A stretch of 58,679 nucleotides of DNA from Thermoplasmata archaeon (GTDB lineage Archaea > Thermoplasmatota > Thermoplasmata > Lutacidiplasmatales > UBA184): assembly GCA_030037395.1 (NCBI GenBank), contig JASHRJ010000099.1, forward strand, positions 1 to 58,679. The letters run 5' to 3'. This document shows positions 25,358 through 33,826 of this stretch, piece by piece. Within the stretch, counting starts at the first letter, position 1; the number at the start of each line of letters is the position of its first letter. Both the position numbers and the translations under genes were made by a program. The notes under the pieces were generated by a model, which saw only the letters and a list, made by a program, of their open reading frames with translations, did no database searches and was not told the origin of the DNA.

Positions 25358-27190
25358 TCACGGTCCGCCCGTCTTGGCGGTGTCGGCCGGCGCGTGGCGC
25401 CGGTGCCGGACCCGGACCGCGAGCCCTCGGCGCACGTCCCCGAGGAGCGGCCCGGGCAGCGCGGCCTCGCCGACGGCCGCGAGCCGCCCGTCCTGGAATA
25501 TCCCGACCGAGTCGCCGATGCGGACCGACGGGTCCGCGCCCCGGACCCCCGGGGCGAACAGGTCCCCCTCCAGCGAGAGCGCCGGGTCGGCGTCGACCCG
25601 CGGAACGGTCGGGCCGAGCCGTTCGGCGCCGGCGACGGTGAGGTGGAAAAGGCCGCGCTCCTCGCGCACGGAGGCGAGGTCCCGGTGGCCGTCGGTGAGC
25701 CGCTGGAACCACGGCCGGCCCGCCAGGCGGAGCGGCGGGGCGAAGAGCCGCCCGGCCGCGGCCCGCCCGAACTGTACGCTGGCGAGCTCGCGGAGTTCCT
25801 CGGCGACGACGGCGAGCGGGCCGGATCGCTCCGCCGGCCCCTCCGCCAGCGCCTCCTCTAGCCCGACCCGCAGCTCCGCGATCGCCGCGGGAGAGGTGGT
25901 GCGGCCGTCCGGACAGGTCTGCCGCACGTCGACTCCCGGCGGCAGCGCGTCCAAGAGGAAACGATACTCCGCGGGGTCGAGGTGCACGAGGACCCGGCGG
26001 TACGTGCCGGACTCGAGGAGATGACGGACGCCCCGCACGACCGGCCCGCGCTCCTCCTCGCTCCAGTCGCCCGTGACCGGGACGTCGTAGTGCCGGGCCG
26101 GCGGGACGTCCTCGAGCTCCCGCGGCACGACGCCGATCGGCGAGCTCACGGAGACGACGTGGACGGCGGTCGACCCCGGGACGCCGTCCCAGGCCTGCGC
26201 GAGGCGGCGGTGCGACGGCGACCTCCGGTACGGCTTGGTCCGCGAGCACGGGACGAGCAGGAGCACCGATTTCGACGGCGGCGGCCGGTACCGCTCGATC
26301 AGCCGGTCACGGAACCGGCGCATCTCCGGCCGTCGCAGCGACTCGGCGAAGACGTACGAGCGCACGCCCTCCCCAACCACCGGGGCGCGGCCCTCCAACA
26401 GGCCGGCGAGGTCCCGGTCCGCGTACCGAAGCATCTCCGCGAGCGCCGGCTCGGCGCCGAGGCGGGCCTCGACCAGCTCGCGCAGGGCGTGCCGCCGAAG
26501 CGCGGCTCGGAGCTCGAGGAGGGCGCGGCGACCGGTCGCCCGCGCGTGCTCGACCAGGTCCCCCGAGCCGTTCGGGCGGCAGGCCGGGCAGTCGCATCCC
26601 CGGGCCGGCCCCGGCCCGGGGTCGGGGCGCGGGCCGAGGCTCGCGTCGAGGAACTCCCCACCCGCAGCCCGGAGCTCCGCCTCTGTTGTGTCGACGAGGT
26701 CGATGCCGAGGTAGGCCAGCAGCGGCAGTCGGTGCGGGAGCCCGACCCTCGGAGCCCAGAGCAACGGTTCGGCGCCGACCTCGGTACGGAGCTGCCCCAC
26801 GGCTCGCACGAACGGCTCGCCGTCGCGAAACAGCGCGCGAGCGTTCCCAAGGATCAGGAGGTCCGGGCGTGCGTGGCGGAGCTCGCGGAGGGCCTCCCCG
26901 GGTATCGGGGCCCGCAGGAGGTAGGCCCCGGGCCCGACCGGGTGGACGCCCGAGCCGCCCGCACCGATCTCGGGCGCGAGGACCGGGAGCTCGAGCCGAA
27001 GGCGATCCGACCCGGCCCCGACGACCAGCCGACGCAGGCCCGCCGCCGCCGGCTCCCACGCCACGGTCGGGCGGGCCTCGTCCACCGCCTCACCGGCCGG
27101 TTCGAGGAGGGCGGGCAGGTCGAGACGGACCGGTCCGGCCGTCCCCTCCCCCGCGAGCGCCAGCCCCTCGAGATGCGTCGTTGCCCTCAT
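25358..27190 (-). CDS. arcS: Archaeosine synthase ArcS (TGT-like domain, DUF5591-like middle domain, C-terminal PUA)
   Basis: 610 aa. Contains the TGT-type zinc motif CDCPAC, the segment LLLVPCSRTKPY...VSSPIGVVPRELE, and a PUA-like C-terminus (FAPGVRGADPSVRIGDSVGIF..GRLAAVGEA). Confidence 0.85.
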   Translation of the reverse strand: MRATTHLEGLALAGEGTAGPVRLDLPALLEPAGEAVDEARPTVAWEPAAAGLRRLVVGAGSDRLRLELPVLAPEIGAGGSGVHPVGPGAYLLRAPIPGEALRELRHARPDLLILGNARALFRDGEPFVRAVGQLRTEVGAEPLLWAPRVGLPHRLPLLAYLGIDLVDTTEAELRAAGGEFLDASLGPRPDPGPGPARGCDCPACRPNGSGDLVEHARATGRRALLELRAALRRHALRELVEARLGAEPALAEMLRYADRDLAGLLEGRAPVVGEGVRSYVFAESLRRPEMRRFRDRLIERYRPPPSKSVLLLVPCSRTKPYRRSPSHRRLAQAWDGVPGSTAVHVVSVSSPIGVVPRELEDVPPARHYDVPVTGDWSEEERGPVVRGVRHLLESGTYRRVLVHLDPAEYRFLLDALPPGVDVRQTCPDGRTTSPAAIAELRVGLEEALAEGPAERSGPLAVVAEELRELASVQFGRAAAGRLFAPPLRLAGRPWFQRLTDGHRDLASVREERGLFHLTVAGAERLGPTVPRVDADPALSLEGDLFAPGVRGADPSVRIGDSVGIFQDGRLAAVGEAALPGPLLGDVRRGLAVRVRHRRHAPADTAKTGGP

Positions 27191-27294
27191 CGGTCCCCGC
27201 CGAGCCCAGCCTCGGGGAGCGGCGCCCCTCCGCTCCGCCCGGGCACCGAGCCGGCCGCCCGGGCGGAGGAGACCACGCCGGAGGTTGAGGCCAT
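27187..27294 (-). CDS. Possible 35-codon upstream ORF coupled to arcS
   Basis: Hand-found and below the ORF-track size cutoff. The ATG at 27294 lies about 30 nt from a TATA-like box. The peptide is MASTSGVVSSARAAGSVPGRSGGAPLPEAGLGGDR with high GC3. Its TGA overlaps the arcS ATG (ATGA). The peptide is low-complexity, so this may be a chance ORF. Confidence 0.2.
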   Translation of the reverse strand: MASTSGVVSSARAAGSVPGRSGGAPLPEAGLGGDR

Positions 27295-27320
27295 CGCCGG
27301 CCCGGGGACCGGGTGGCCCT

Positions 27321-27326
27321 CTTTAG
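27321..27326 (-). promoter_or_regulatory. TATA-like box downstream of ubiA and upstream of the arcS leader/uORF
   Basis: The minus strand reads CTAAAG. Its centre is about 30 nt upstream of the ATG at 27294 and 133 nt upstream of the arcS ATG. Confidence 0.3.
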
Positions 27327-27343
27327 CTCCGCCGCGGCCCAGC

Positions 27344-28216
27344 TCAGAGGGGCGGAAGGAACAGCGCCGCCGCGACGCCGAGCAGGAAGACCGCCGCGAG
27401 CACGAAGTGCTGGCGGAACGCGACCCGTACCTCCGAGGGGTCCCGGGCGAGGCGATGGTCGATTGCCGCGACCCCGATCGCGATCGCGACGAGGGCCCCG
27501 AAGTACGGCCACGCGAGCTGTTCGGCAGCGCCGAACGCCGCCAGGAAGCCCAGCGCCAGGGCGTGGAGTGCCGCCACCCAGCGCACGGCCCGTCGGGGGC
27601 CGAGCCGCACCGGAAGCGAGCGAAGCCCCAGTCGGCGATCGCTCTCGAGATCCCCGAGGCTATGCACCGTCTCGAACGCCGTCCCCCAGGCGAGGACCCC
27701 GGCGACCGCCAGGAACGCGGCGAGGGGCAGCGTCCCGGTCAGGGCGACGAACGCCGCGGCGGGGGTGATCGCCTCCACCAGGCCGAGGAACACCGTGGTC
27801 AGGGCGGTGAACCGCTTGGTGTAGCTGTAGCCGAGCACGAGGGCGAGCGCCACCGGAGACAGGGCGAGCGCGAGGGGGTTGAGGAGCGCGGCCGCTCCGA
27901 CCAGGACGGCCGCGCTGATCCCGGCGACCGCAAGCGCGAACGCGGGCGAGAGCCGGCCGGCGGCCACGGCCCGATCGCGGGTGCGTGGGTTGTTTGCGTC
28001 GAGGTGTCGATCCGCCCAGCGGTTGAAGGCGTGCCCCGCGTTCCGTGCCGCGACGAAGGCGACGACCACCAGCAGCAGCGGCTCCCAACGGGGAACGCCA
28101 CGGCTGGCCACGAGCACGAACGCCAGCGCCAGCGGAACGTTGAGCCCGAGGTTCTGGATCTCGAGGAAACGGCCGAGCTCCCGGGCCCCCGGGCGCGGGG
28201 CCGGCGGGTCGCTCAC
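27344..28216 (-). CDS. ubiA: UbiA-family aromatic prenyltransferase
   Basis: 290 aa and multi-TM. Contains the Asp-rich motif NRWADRHLDANNPRTRDR. The GTG start overlaps the ubiD stop (GTGA). Confidence 0.88.
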   Translation of the reverse strand: MSDPPAPRPGARELGRFLEIQNLGLNVPLALAFVLVASRGVPRWEPLLLVVVAFVAARNAGHAFNRWADRHLDANNPRTRDRAVAAGRLSPAFALAVAGISAAVLVGAAALLNPLALALSPVALALVLGYSYTKRFTALTTVFLGLVEAITPAAAFVALTGTLPLAAFLAVAGVLAWGTAFETVHSLGDLESDRRLGLRSLPVRLGPRRAVRWVAALHALALGFLAAFGAAEQLAWPYFGALVAIAIGVAAIDHRLARDPSEVRVAFRQHFVLAAVFLLGVAAALFLPPL

Positions 28217-29694
28217 GGCTTAGGCCGCGGCACGAGCCGCGCGAGGGCGGGCTCCGAGCTCAAGAGCCGCTCGGCCGCCTCCGCCGCGGCCGGGTCCGAG
28301 CGGATCTCCTCCGGCCAGGGCCTCGGAAAGCCGTCGTCGGGCCCCTTGCGGGTCGCGTCGATCCCGACCTTGCCGCCGTAGTTGGGGAGAGGGTTCGAGA
28401 TCGACAGCTGATCGACCGGGCCCTCCACCACCTCGAGGTCGCGCGCCGGGTCCGCCTGCAGCCCGACCCGGTACAGCACCTCCGAGAGGTCGTGGACGTT
28501 CACGTCGTGGTCCACCACGATGACGTACCGGACGAACATCAGCTGCCCCAGCCCCCACAGGGCGTGCATCACCTTGCGGGGGTGGCCCGGGTACGCCTTG
28601 CGAACCGAGACGATCGCGACGTTGATGAACAGCCCCTCGCGCGGCAGGTTCAGGTCGACGACCTCGGGGAGCACCAGGCGGACGACCGGCAGGAAGATCC
28701 GCTCCACCGCCTTTCCGAGGACGGCGTCCTCCGTCGGCGGCTTGCCCGTGACCGTCCCCAGGTAGATCGGACGCGCCCGGCGGGTGATCCGGGTCACGTG
28801 AAAGACCGGGAACCGCTCCGGCGCCGAGTAGTAGCCGGTGTGGTCGCCGAAAGGGCCCTCGATCGCCCGCTCGTCCGGCGGCACGTGGCCCTCAAGGACG
28901 ATCTCCGCCGACGCCGGGACCTCGAGGTCGACGCTCCGGGCCTTGACCAGCTCGACCGGGGCCGAGCGGAGGAGGCCCGCGAAGGCGAAGTTCGAGATCC
29001 CTTCGGGGACCGGCGCGAGCCCGGAGAACACCGTCGCCGGGTCGGCCCCCACGATCGCCGCGACCGGCATCGCCTCGCCGCGAGCCGACCACTTGCGGAA
29101 GTTGCTGGCTCCGACGCGATGTACCTGGAAGTGCATCCCGAGCGTGGTCGGACCGTACTGCTGGAGCCGATAGATCCCGGCGTGGGCAAGACCCGTTTCC
29201 GGGTCGCTCGTAACGACGACGGGGAACGTTACGGTCCGGCCCCCGTCCTTCGGCCAGCAGCGGAGGATCGGGAGCCGGTCGAGGTCCACCTCCGCCTCCT
29301 CGACCTCCTGGCACGGGCCGGTGCGCACGCGCTTCGGGGCGAGCGCGCGGAGGCTCGATAACGTCGAGATCGTGCCGTCCAGGTCGCGTAGCGCCCCGAG
29401 GAGGCCGGCCGGGGGGCGCAGCCGGGTGAGCTCGGCGACCCGACCGGCGACCTCGTCGAGCGACGCGGCGCCCAGGGCCAGGGCGATCCGGCGGGGAGAG
29501 CCCAGGACGTTGGTCGCGACCGGCATCGAGGCGCCGGGCACGTTCTCGAACAGGAGGGCCGGTCCGTCGGCCCGCACCACCCGCTGCGTCAGCTCGGCGA
29601 TCTCGAGGTCCCGAGCGACCGGCGCCCGGACGCGCACGAGGTCGCCTCGGGCCTCCAGCGCCTCAAGGAACTCGCCGAGCGAGCCGAACGCCAC
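28213..29694 (-). CDS. ubiD: UbiD-family (prFMN-dependent) decarboxylase
   Basis: 493 aa if started at the GTG at 29694 (VAFGSLGEFLEALEARGDLVRV...), a typical UbiD N-terminus and length. That GTG lies about 27 nt from a strong TATA box. An alternative ATG at 29772 would leave only 9 nt to the divergent gene. The 799-aa ORF-track version is rejected. Confidence 0.88.
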   Translation of the reverse strand: MAFGSLGEFLEALEARGDLVRVRAPVARDLEIAELTQRVVRADGPALLFENVPGASMPVATNVLGSPRRIALALGAASLDEVAGRVAELTRLRPPAGLLGALRDLDGTISTLSSLRALAPKRVRTGPCQEVEEAEVDLDRLPILRCWPKDGGRTVTFPVVVTSDPETGLAHAGIYRLQQYGPTTLGMHFQVHRVGASNFRKWSARGEAMPVAAIVGADPATVFSGLAPVPEGISNFAFAGLLRSAPVELVKARSVDLEVPASAEIVLEGHVPPDERAIEGPFGDHTGYYSAPERFPVFHVTRITRRARPIYLGTVTGKPPTEDAVLGKAVERIFLPVVRLVLPEVVDLNLPREGLFINVAIVSVRKAYPGHPRKVMHALWGLGQLMFVRYVIVVDHDVNVHDLSEVLYRVGLQADPARDLEVVEGPVDQLSISNPLPNYGGKVGIDATRKGPDDGFPRPWPEEIRSDPAAAEAAERLLSSEPALARLVPRPKP

Positions 29695-29717
29695 GCCGTG
29701 CGTCGAGCCGGGCTCCG

Positions 29718-29725
29718 TATTTATT
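29718..29725 (-). promoter_or_regulatory. TATA box upstream of the ubiD-ubiA operon
   Basis: The minus strand reads AATAAATA. Its centre is about 27 nt upstream of the GTG at 29694. Confidence 0.4.
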
Positions 29726-29781
29726 CCCGCCGCGAGCGGCGATGCCCAGGGTTCATAACGGAACCTCGCCATCGCCGGGCG

Positions 29782-30513
29782 ATGCAGACGGTGACGCTGC
29801 GGTTCCGGACGGAGGACCTGGTCCGTCTCGGGGTCATCCCGGACCGGCTCTTCGAGAAGTTCGAGGAGGTGGAGCTGGTCGAGACCCTCCGGCTCGAGAC
29901 GGGGTCCCGGCTCGAGCTCCTCCGGGTCCGGCGGAAGGGCCCGGTGCGGTCGGCCGCCGAGCTGGAGCACGACGCCCGCCGGATCCGTGCCCTGTACGGG
30001 CTCGCCCAGCTCGAGGTCGTCGACGTCCGCCCGAGGACGCGGGACTACGTCGTCCTCGTGCGCCAGCGGAACCCGGAGCGGCTGCGCCGTTGGCTCGCGC
30101 TCGCCGGCGGCGGCATCACCCCGACGGCGCCGTTCCGTCTCGGCGAAGAGGAGACGATCGCCTCGTTCCACGGCGAGGAGCGCGCGCTCCGTCGGGTCCT
30201 CCGACGCCTCGACGAGGAGGAGTTCCCGTACCGGGTCGTCCGGGCGAGCGCCCGGATCCCGGTCGCCGACCGCGCGACGAGCGAGCTCACCCCTCTGCAG
30301 GCGCGGCTCCTCGCGAGGGCGTGGGTGCTCGGCTACTACGCGATTCCCCGGCGGGTGACGCTCACCCGCCTCGCCCGCTCGACCGGCCGGAGCGCACCCG
30401 GGCTCGGGAAGCTCCTCCGCCGCGCGGAGGGGCGCCTGGTCGCCCGCTGGCTCGCCGCGCGGGGCGATCTCGCGGGGGCGCTCGCCCCGCCCGAGGCCGG
30501 CCGCGGGGCCTAA
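29782..30513 (+). CDS. HTH_10 (bacterio-opsin-activator-type) transcriptional regulator
   Basis: 243 aa from the ATG at 29782 (MQTVTLRFRTEDL...). The C-terminal HTH is LTPLQARLLARAWVLGYYAIPRRVTLTRLARSTGRSAPGLGKLLRRAE. Divergent from ubiD. Confidence 0.75.
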   Translation: MQTVTLRFRTEDLVRLGVIPDRLFEKFEEVELVETLRLETGSRLELLRVRRKGPVRSAAELEHDARRIRALYGLAQLEVVDVRPRTRDYVVLVRQRNPERLRRWLALAGGGITPTAPFRLGEEETIASFHGEERALRRVLRRLDEEEFPYRVVRASARIPVADRATSELTPLQARLLARAWVLGYYAIPRRVTLTRLARSTGRSAPGLGKLLRRAEGRLVARWLAARGDLAGALAPPEAGRGA

Positions 30514-30536
30514 AGCCCCCGGGAGCTGGCCCGCGC

Positions 30537-30980
30537 GTGGGCGGGAGGGCCGCGAAGGTCCGGTTCGAGATCCTGCCGGAGACCCCGGCGGCGCGGCTGC
30601 CGGCGCGCGCAACGGCCGGCTCGGCGTGCTTCGACCTCGCGGCGGCGGCCCCCGCGGTCCTGGTCCGCGGCAGGGTCGAGCTCGTCCGGACCGGTCTCAA
30701 GGTCCGCTGCCCGGCCGGGACGTTCCTCGAGGTACGGCCCCGGAGCGGACTCGCAGCCAAAGGCGTCCTGATGGTGAACGCCCCCGGCACGATAGACCGC
30801 GACTACTCCGGCGAGGTCCGGGTCCCGCTCACCTACCTCTTCGACGGGAGCTACCAGATCGAGGCCGGCGACCGGATCGCCCAGGTGCGGCTGGTCGCCG
30901 AGACCCCTACGGCGCTCGAGCGCGGCACGGTCGCGCCGGTCGCGTCCCGCCGCGGAGGCTTCGGGAGCACCGGCCGCTAG
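30537..30980 (+). CDS. dut: dUTP diphosphatase (trimeric dUTPase)
   Basis: 147 aa from the GTG at 30537. Contains dUTPase motifs AGSACFDL, RSGLA, PGTIDRDYSGEV and the C-terminal RGGFGSTG. Confidence 0.85.
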   Translation: MGGRAAKVRFEILPETPAARLPARATAGSACFDLAAAAPAVLVRGRVELVRTGLKVRCPAGTFLEVRPRSGLAAKGVLMVNAPGTIDRDYSGEVRVPLTYLFDGSYQIEAGDRIAQVRLVAETPTALERGTVAPVASRRGGFGSTGR

Positions 30981-32581
30981 GGGAACTCGGACAGCAGCCG
31001 CTGCACCTTGCGGCCGGGAGGGGACGGAGGGGCCGTCCCCCCGGCCGTCTCCCGTTCGACCTTCTCCAGCATCTCGTGCATCCGCCGCTCCCGGGCGAAC
31101 GCCGAGCGGTGCAACCCGACGTCCCGGGTCCCCTCGGCTACGAGGACGACCGCACGGCCGGCCCGAGCCCGGCCGGTGCGACCGCGGCGCTGGATCGTCC
31201 GGATGACGTCGGGGATCGGCTCGTAGAAGACGACCAGGTCGGTCGCCGGAATGTCGAGGCCCTCCTCGGCCACCGAGGTGGCGACCAGGCAGTTCAACTC
31301 GCCGCGGCGGAACCGATCGAGGACTCCAACCTGCTCGCGTTGGGTGAGCCCGGGGTCCTCGCCATGGCTCGCCTGCCCGACGAAGCGGGCCGCCCGGACG
31401 GCCGGGTCGTGGAGCGCGTCGAGCTCAGCGACCAGCCGGTCGACCGTGTCGCGGTACTGCGAGAAGACGATCGCCCGCGCGTCCGGTGTGCGGGCCAGCT
31501 CGGACCGGACCCGGGTGACCGCCTCGGCGATCTTTGGATGCTCGAGCGTGATCGTCGCGAGGCGGCGCCGGACCTCTTCGACGTCCGGGTCGCTCAAGAA
31601 GGCGCGCTGCGCCGGCGTCGCCCGACGGCCGGCGTTCGTCGCCTGACGGCCGAGGAACTCCCGCAGCGCATCGACCCCCTGGCTCTCGATGAGGTCGAGC
31701 GCGTGCAAGCCCTTCATCACGACCGACTGCGCCGTGACCGCCTGCCAGAGCCCGGCCGAGGACGCCCCTCCCTGGGTCCGCTCGATCGGGATCCGTCGGT
31801 GGAGCTGATCCCCGAGCGCGAGGACCGTGCGGCGGTTCACCTCGCCCGCCCCGAGCAGGCCGAGGCGCTGCAGGGTATCGGCCGCCCGGCCCACGGCCGC
31901 CCGGAGGAGGATCGCTAGGTGGCGTACCTCCGGGGGGACCGGCACCACCACGGTCTCCACGCCGACGCCGTGGAGGTACGGAGCGACGTCCGCGCTCTCC
32001 TCCGTCCGGTACTCGAACCGCTCGATGCCCAGGTTCGTCCAGACCGCCCGGATGTGCGGCAGGGTACCGCCCGGCGAGGCGGTCATTGCCAAGACGCGGA
32101 CCCGTGGGCCGTCCCGGTTCGCCCGGCCGATCTTCACGTACGGATAGTCGCCGACCGCGCGGTGGGCCTCGTCGAAGACGAGCAGCGAGAACGTGTCGAG
32201 AGGGATCCCCCCGCCCGCGAGGTCGTTCGCGACGACCTGGGGGGTCGCGAGGACGATCTGGGGAGGTCGCAGGAGCTCGGCTCGTCGGTCGGGGGCCACA
32301 GCACCGGTCAGGGTGAGTGGCGGGGGCGCGAGCAACAGTCGTTCGGCATCGCGCGCGTGCTGGACGACCAGCGGACGCGTCGGGGCGAGGAGGAGGATCG
32401 AGCGGGTCGGTTCGCGGAGGAGCGACGCCGCCGCCACCCGGAGCGCGATCGCGGTCTTGCCGAGGCCGGTGGGAAGCACGACGAGGGTGTTGTGCTCGAA
32501 CGCCTCGCTCGCGATCGCGGCCTGGTAGGCGCGCTCCTCCAGGAGGCCCGGCCGGATCCGAGGGTGTTCCACGGTCGCCAC
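30977..32581 (-). CDS. Hef/FANCM/Mph1-family SF2 helicase (helicase-only, no ERCC4 nuclease domain)
   Basis: 534 aa. Contains LPTGLGKT (motif I), FDEAH (motif II) and VATSVAEEGLDIP...QRRGRTGR (motifs V/VI). It ends shortly after the helicase core. Confidence 0.88.
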   Translation of the reverse strand: MATVEHPRIRPGLLEERAYQAAIASEAFEHNTLVVLPTGLGKTAIALRVAAASLLREPTRSILLLAPTRPLVVQHARDAERLLLAPPPLTLTGAVAPDRRAELLRPPQIVLATPQVVANDLAGGGIPLDTFSLLVFDEAHRAVGDYPYVKIGRANRDGPRVRVLAMTASPGGTLPHIRAVWTNLGIERFEYRTEESADVAPYLHGVGVETVVVPVPPEVRHLAILLRAAVGRAADTLQRLGLLGAGEVNRRTVLALGDQLHRRIPIERTQGGASSAGLWQAVTAQSVVMKGLHALDLIESQGVDALREFLGRQATNAGRRATPAQRAFLSDPDVEEVRRRLATITLEHPKIAEAVTRVRSELARTPDARAIVFSQYRDTVDRLVAELDALHDPAVRAARFVGQASHGEDPGLTQREQVGVLDRFRRGELNCLVATSVAEEGLDIPATDLVVFYEPIPDVIRTIQRRGRTGRARAGRAVVLVAEGTRDVGLHRSAFARERRMHEMLEKVERETAGGTAPPSPPGRKVQRLLSEFP

Positions 32582-32614
32582 CGCCGGGGACCCCGCGCGC
32601 TCCAGCGACCGCGC

Positions 32615-32621
32615 CTTTATC
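32615..32621 (+). promoter_or_regulatory. TATA-like box upstream of the GT2 gene
   Basis: CTTTATC, centred about 25 nt upstream of the ATG at 32643. Confidence 0.35.
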
Positions 32622-32642
32622 AGGAGCCGGCATCGCCGGCGG

Positions 32643-33794
32643 ATGCTCGCGGGCGGGCTGGTGGTCGCGGCGGCGGTCGCGGCCGTCGTCGTCCTCCTCT
32701 ACCAGGGGGCCGCCCTCTGGCTCGCTCGCGGGATGCCCCGTCTCGACCCGCTCCCCCCACCGGCGACGGACGAACCGCGGCCCGGGGTCGGCGTCGTGGT
32801 CGCCGCCCGGGACGAGGACCAGGACCTTCCCGAGACGCTCGCCTCGCTGCGGGCCCAGGACCTGCCGGGACTCGAGGTGGTGGTGGTCGAGAGCCGGTCG
32901 CCCGGCGCTGCGGTCCGGCCCCCGCCCGCGTCCGACCCGCGCGTCCGATGGCTTGACGAGCCGCCGTTGCCGGCCGGCTGGGTCGGCAAGAACTGGGCCT
33001 GCTGGGTCGGCGCCCGCGAGGTGCGCGCCCCCTGGCTCTTGTTCTTGGACGCCGACGTACGGCTGGCGCCGACCGCCGTCCGGACGACCGTCGCATGGGC
33101 CGCGCGGGAAGGGGCGAGCCTCGCCACGATCGCGCCCCGCGTCGAGATGGCCAGCGCGTGGGAGTGGACGGTCCTACCGTTCTACGTACAGATGGTCCTC
33201 ACGTACTTCCGGGCCCCGCACGTCAACCGCGACCGCTCGCGTGCCGCGATGGCGAACGGGCAGTACTGGCTCGTCCGTCGAGCCGACTACGAGGCGGTCG
33301 GCGGCCACGAAGCCGTGCGGGGGCAGATCCTGGAGGACGTCGCGATCGCGCGGAGGTTCCGGGCCGCCGGGCGCAAGCTGCGGCTCGCCTGGGCCCCGGA
33401 GCTGGCGTCGACCCGCATGTACCGCGATCGGCACGAGATGTTCGAGGGGCTCCTCAAGAACGTCCACGGCACCGAGTTCTCGGCCTGGCGACAGCTCGCG
33501 TTCCTGGCCGGTCTGGTCGGCTTCTTCTGGCTCCCGCTCGCGGTACTGCCGATCGGCCTGCTGGCCGGGAGCCTCCCCCTGGCGGCGATCGGCGCGGTCC
33601 TTGCGGTCGCGCTGTTCGCCAAGCACGCCGCGTTCGCCCGCGCGGTGGGGGCCCCGGCGCGGTACGGCCTCCTGTTCCCGGTCGCCGTGGGGTTCTACGT
33701 CGCGCTCGTCCTGACCTCCCTCGAGCGGGGCGTGCGGGGGGGCTCGGTCACTTGGAAGGGCCGGTCGTACCGCCTTGGACCGCGATCCCCCTAA
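32643..33794 (+). CDS. Family 2 glycosyltransferase with C-terminal transmembrane region (CrtQ/HpnB-like architecture)
   Basis: 383 aa. It has an N-terminal TM helix, a GT-A domain (VGVVVAARDE..., DxD-like FLDADV), then 3-4 C-terminal TM helices, and ends in VTWKGRSYRL. Confidence 0.85.
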   Translation: MLAGGLVVAAAVAAVVVLLYQGAALWLARGMPRLDPLPPPATDEPRPGVGVVVAARDEDQDLPETLASLRAQDLPGLEVVVVESRSPGAAVRPPPASDPRVRWLDEPPLPAGWVGKNWACWVGAREVRAPWLLFLDADVRLAPTAVRTTVAWAAREGASLATIAPRVEMASAWEWTVLPFYVQMVLTYFRAPHVNRDRSRAAMANGQYWLVRRADYEAVGGHEAVRGQILEDVAIARRFRAAGRKLRLAWAPELASTRMYRDRHEMFEGLLKNVHGTEFSAWRQLAFLAGLVGFFWLPLAVLPIGLLAGSLPLAAIGAVLAVALFAKHAAFARAVGAPARYGLLFPVAVGFYVALVLTSLERGVRGGSVTWKGRSYRLGPRSP

Positions 33795-33797
33795 CCG

Positions 33798-33803
33798 CTA
33801 TCT
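33798..33803 (+). promoter_or_regulatory. TATA-like box upstream of the ALDH gene
   Basis: CTATCT lies just after the GT2 stop. Its centre is about 26 nt upstream of the ATG at 33827. Confidence 0.3.
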
Positions 33804-33826
33804 GAGCGCCCGCCTCGACCGGTCCG

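Noticed and set aside
28213-30612. The 799-aa version of the UbiD ORF, and the ATG at 29772 as the ubiD start
   Set aside because: The upstream 280 codons are low-complexity and overlap the divergent HTH_10 gene. ATG 29772 leaves a 9-nt spacer and places the TATA box inside the gene. GTG 29694 gives a canonical UbiD N-terminus and length and sits 27 nt from the TATA box. ATG 29772 cannot be fully excluded.
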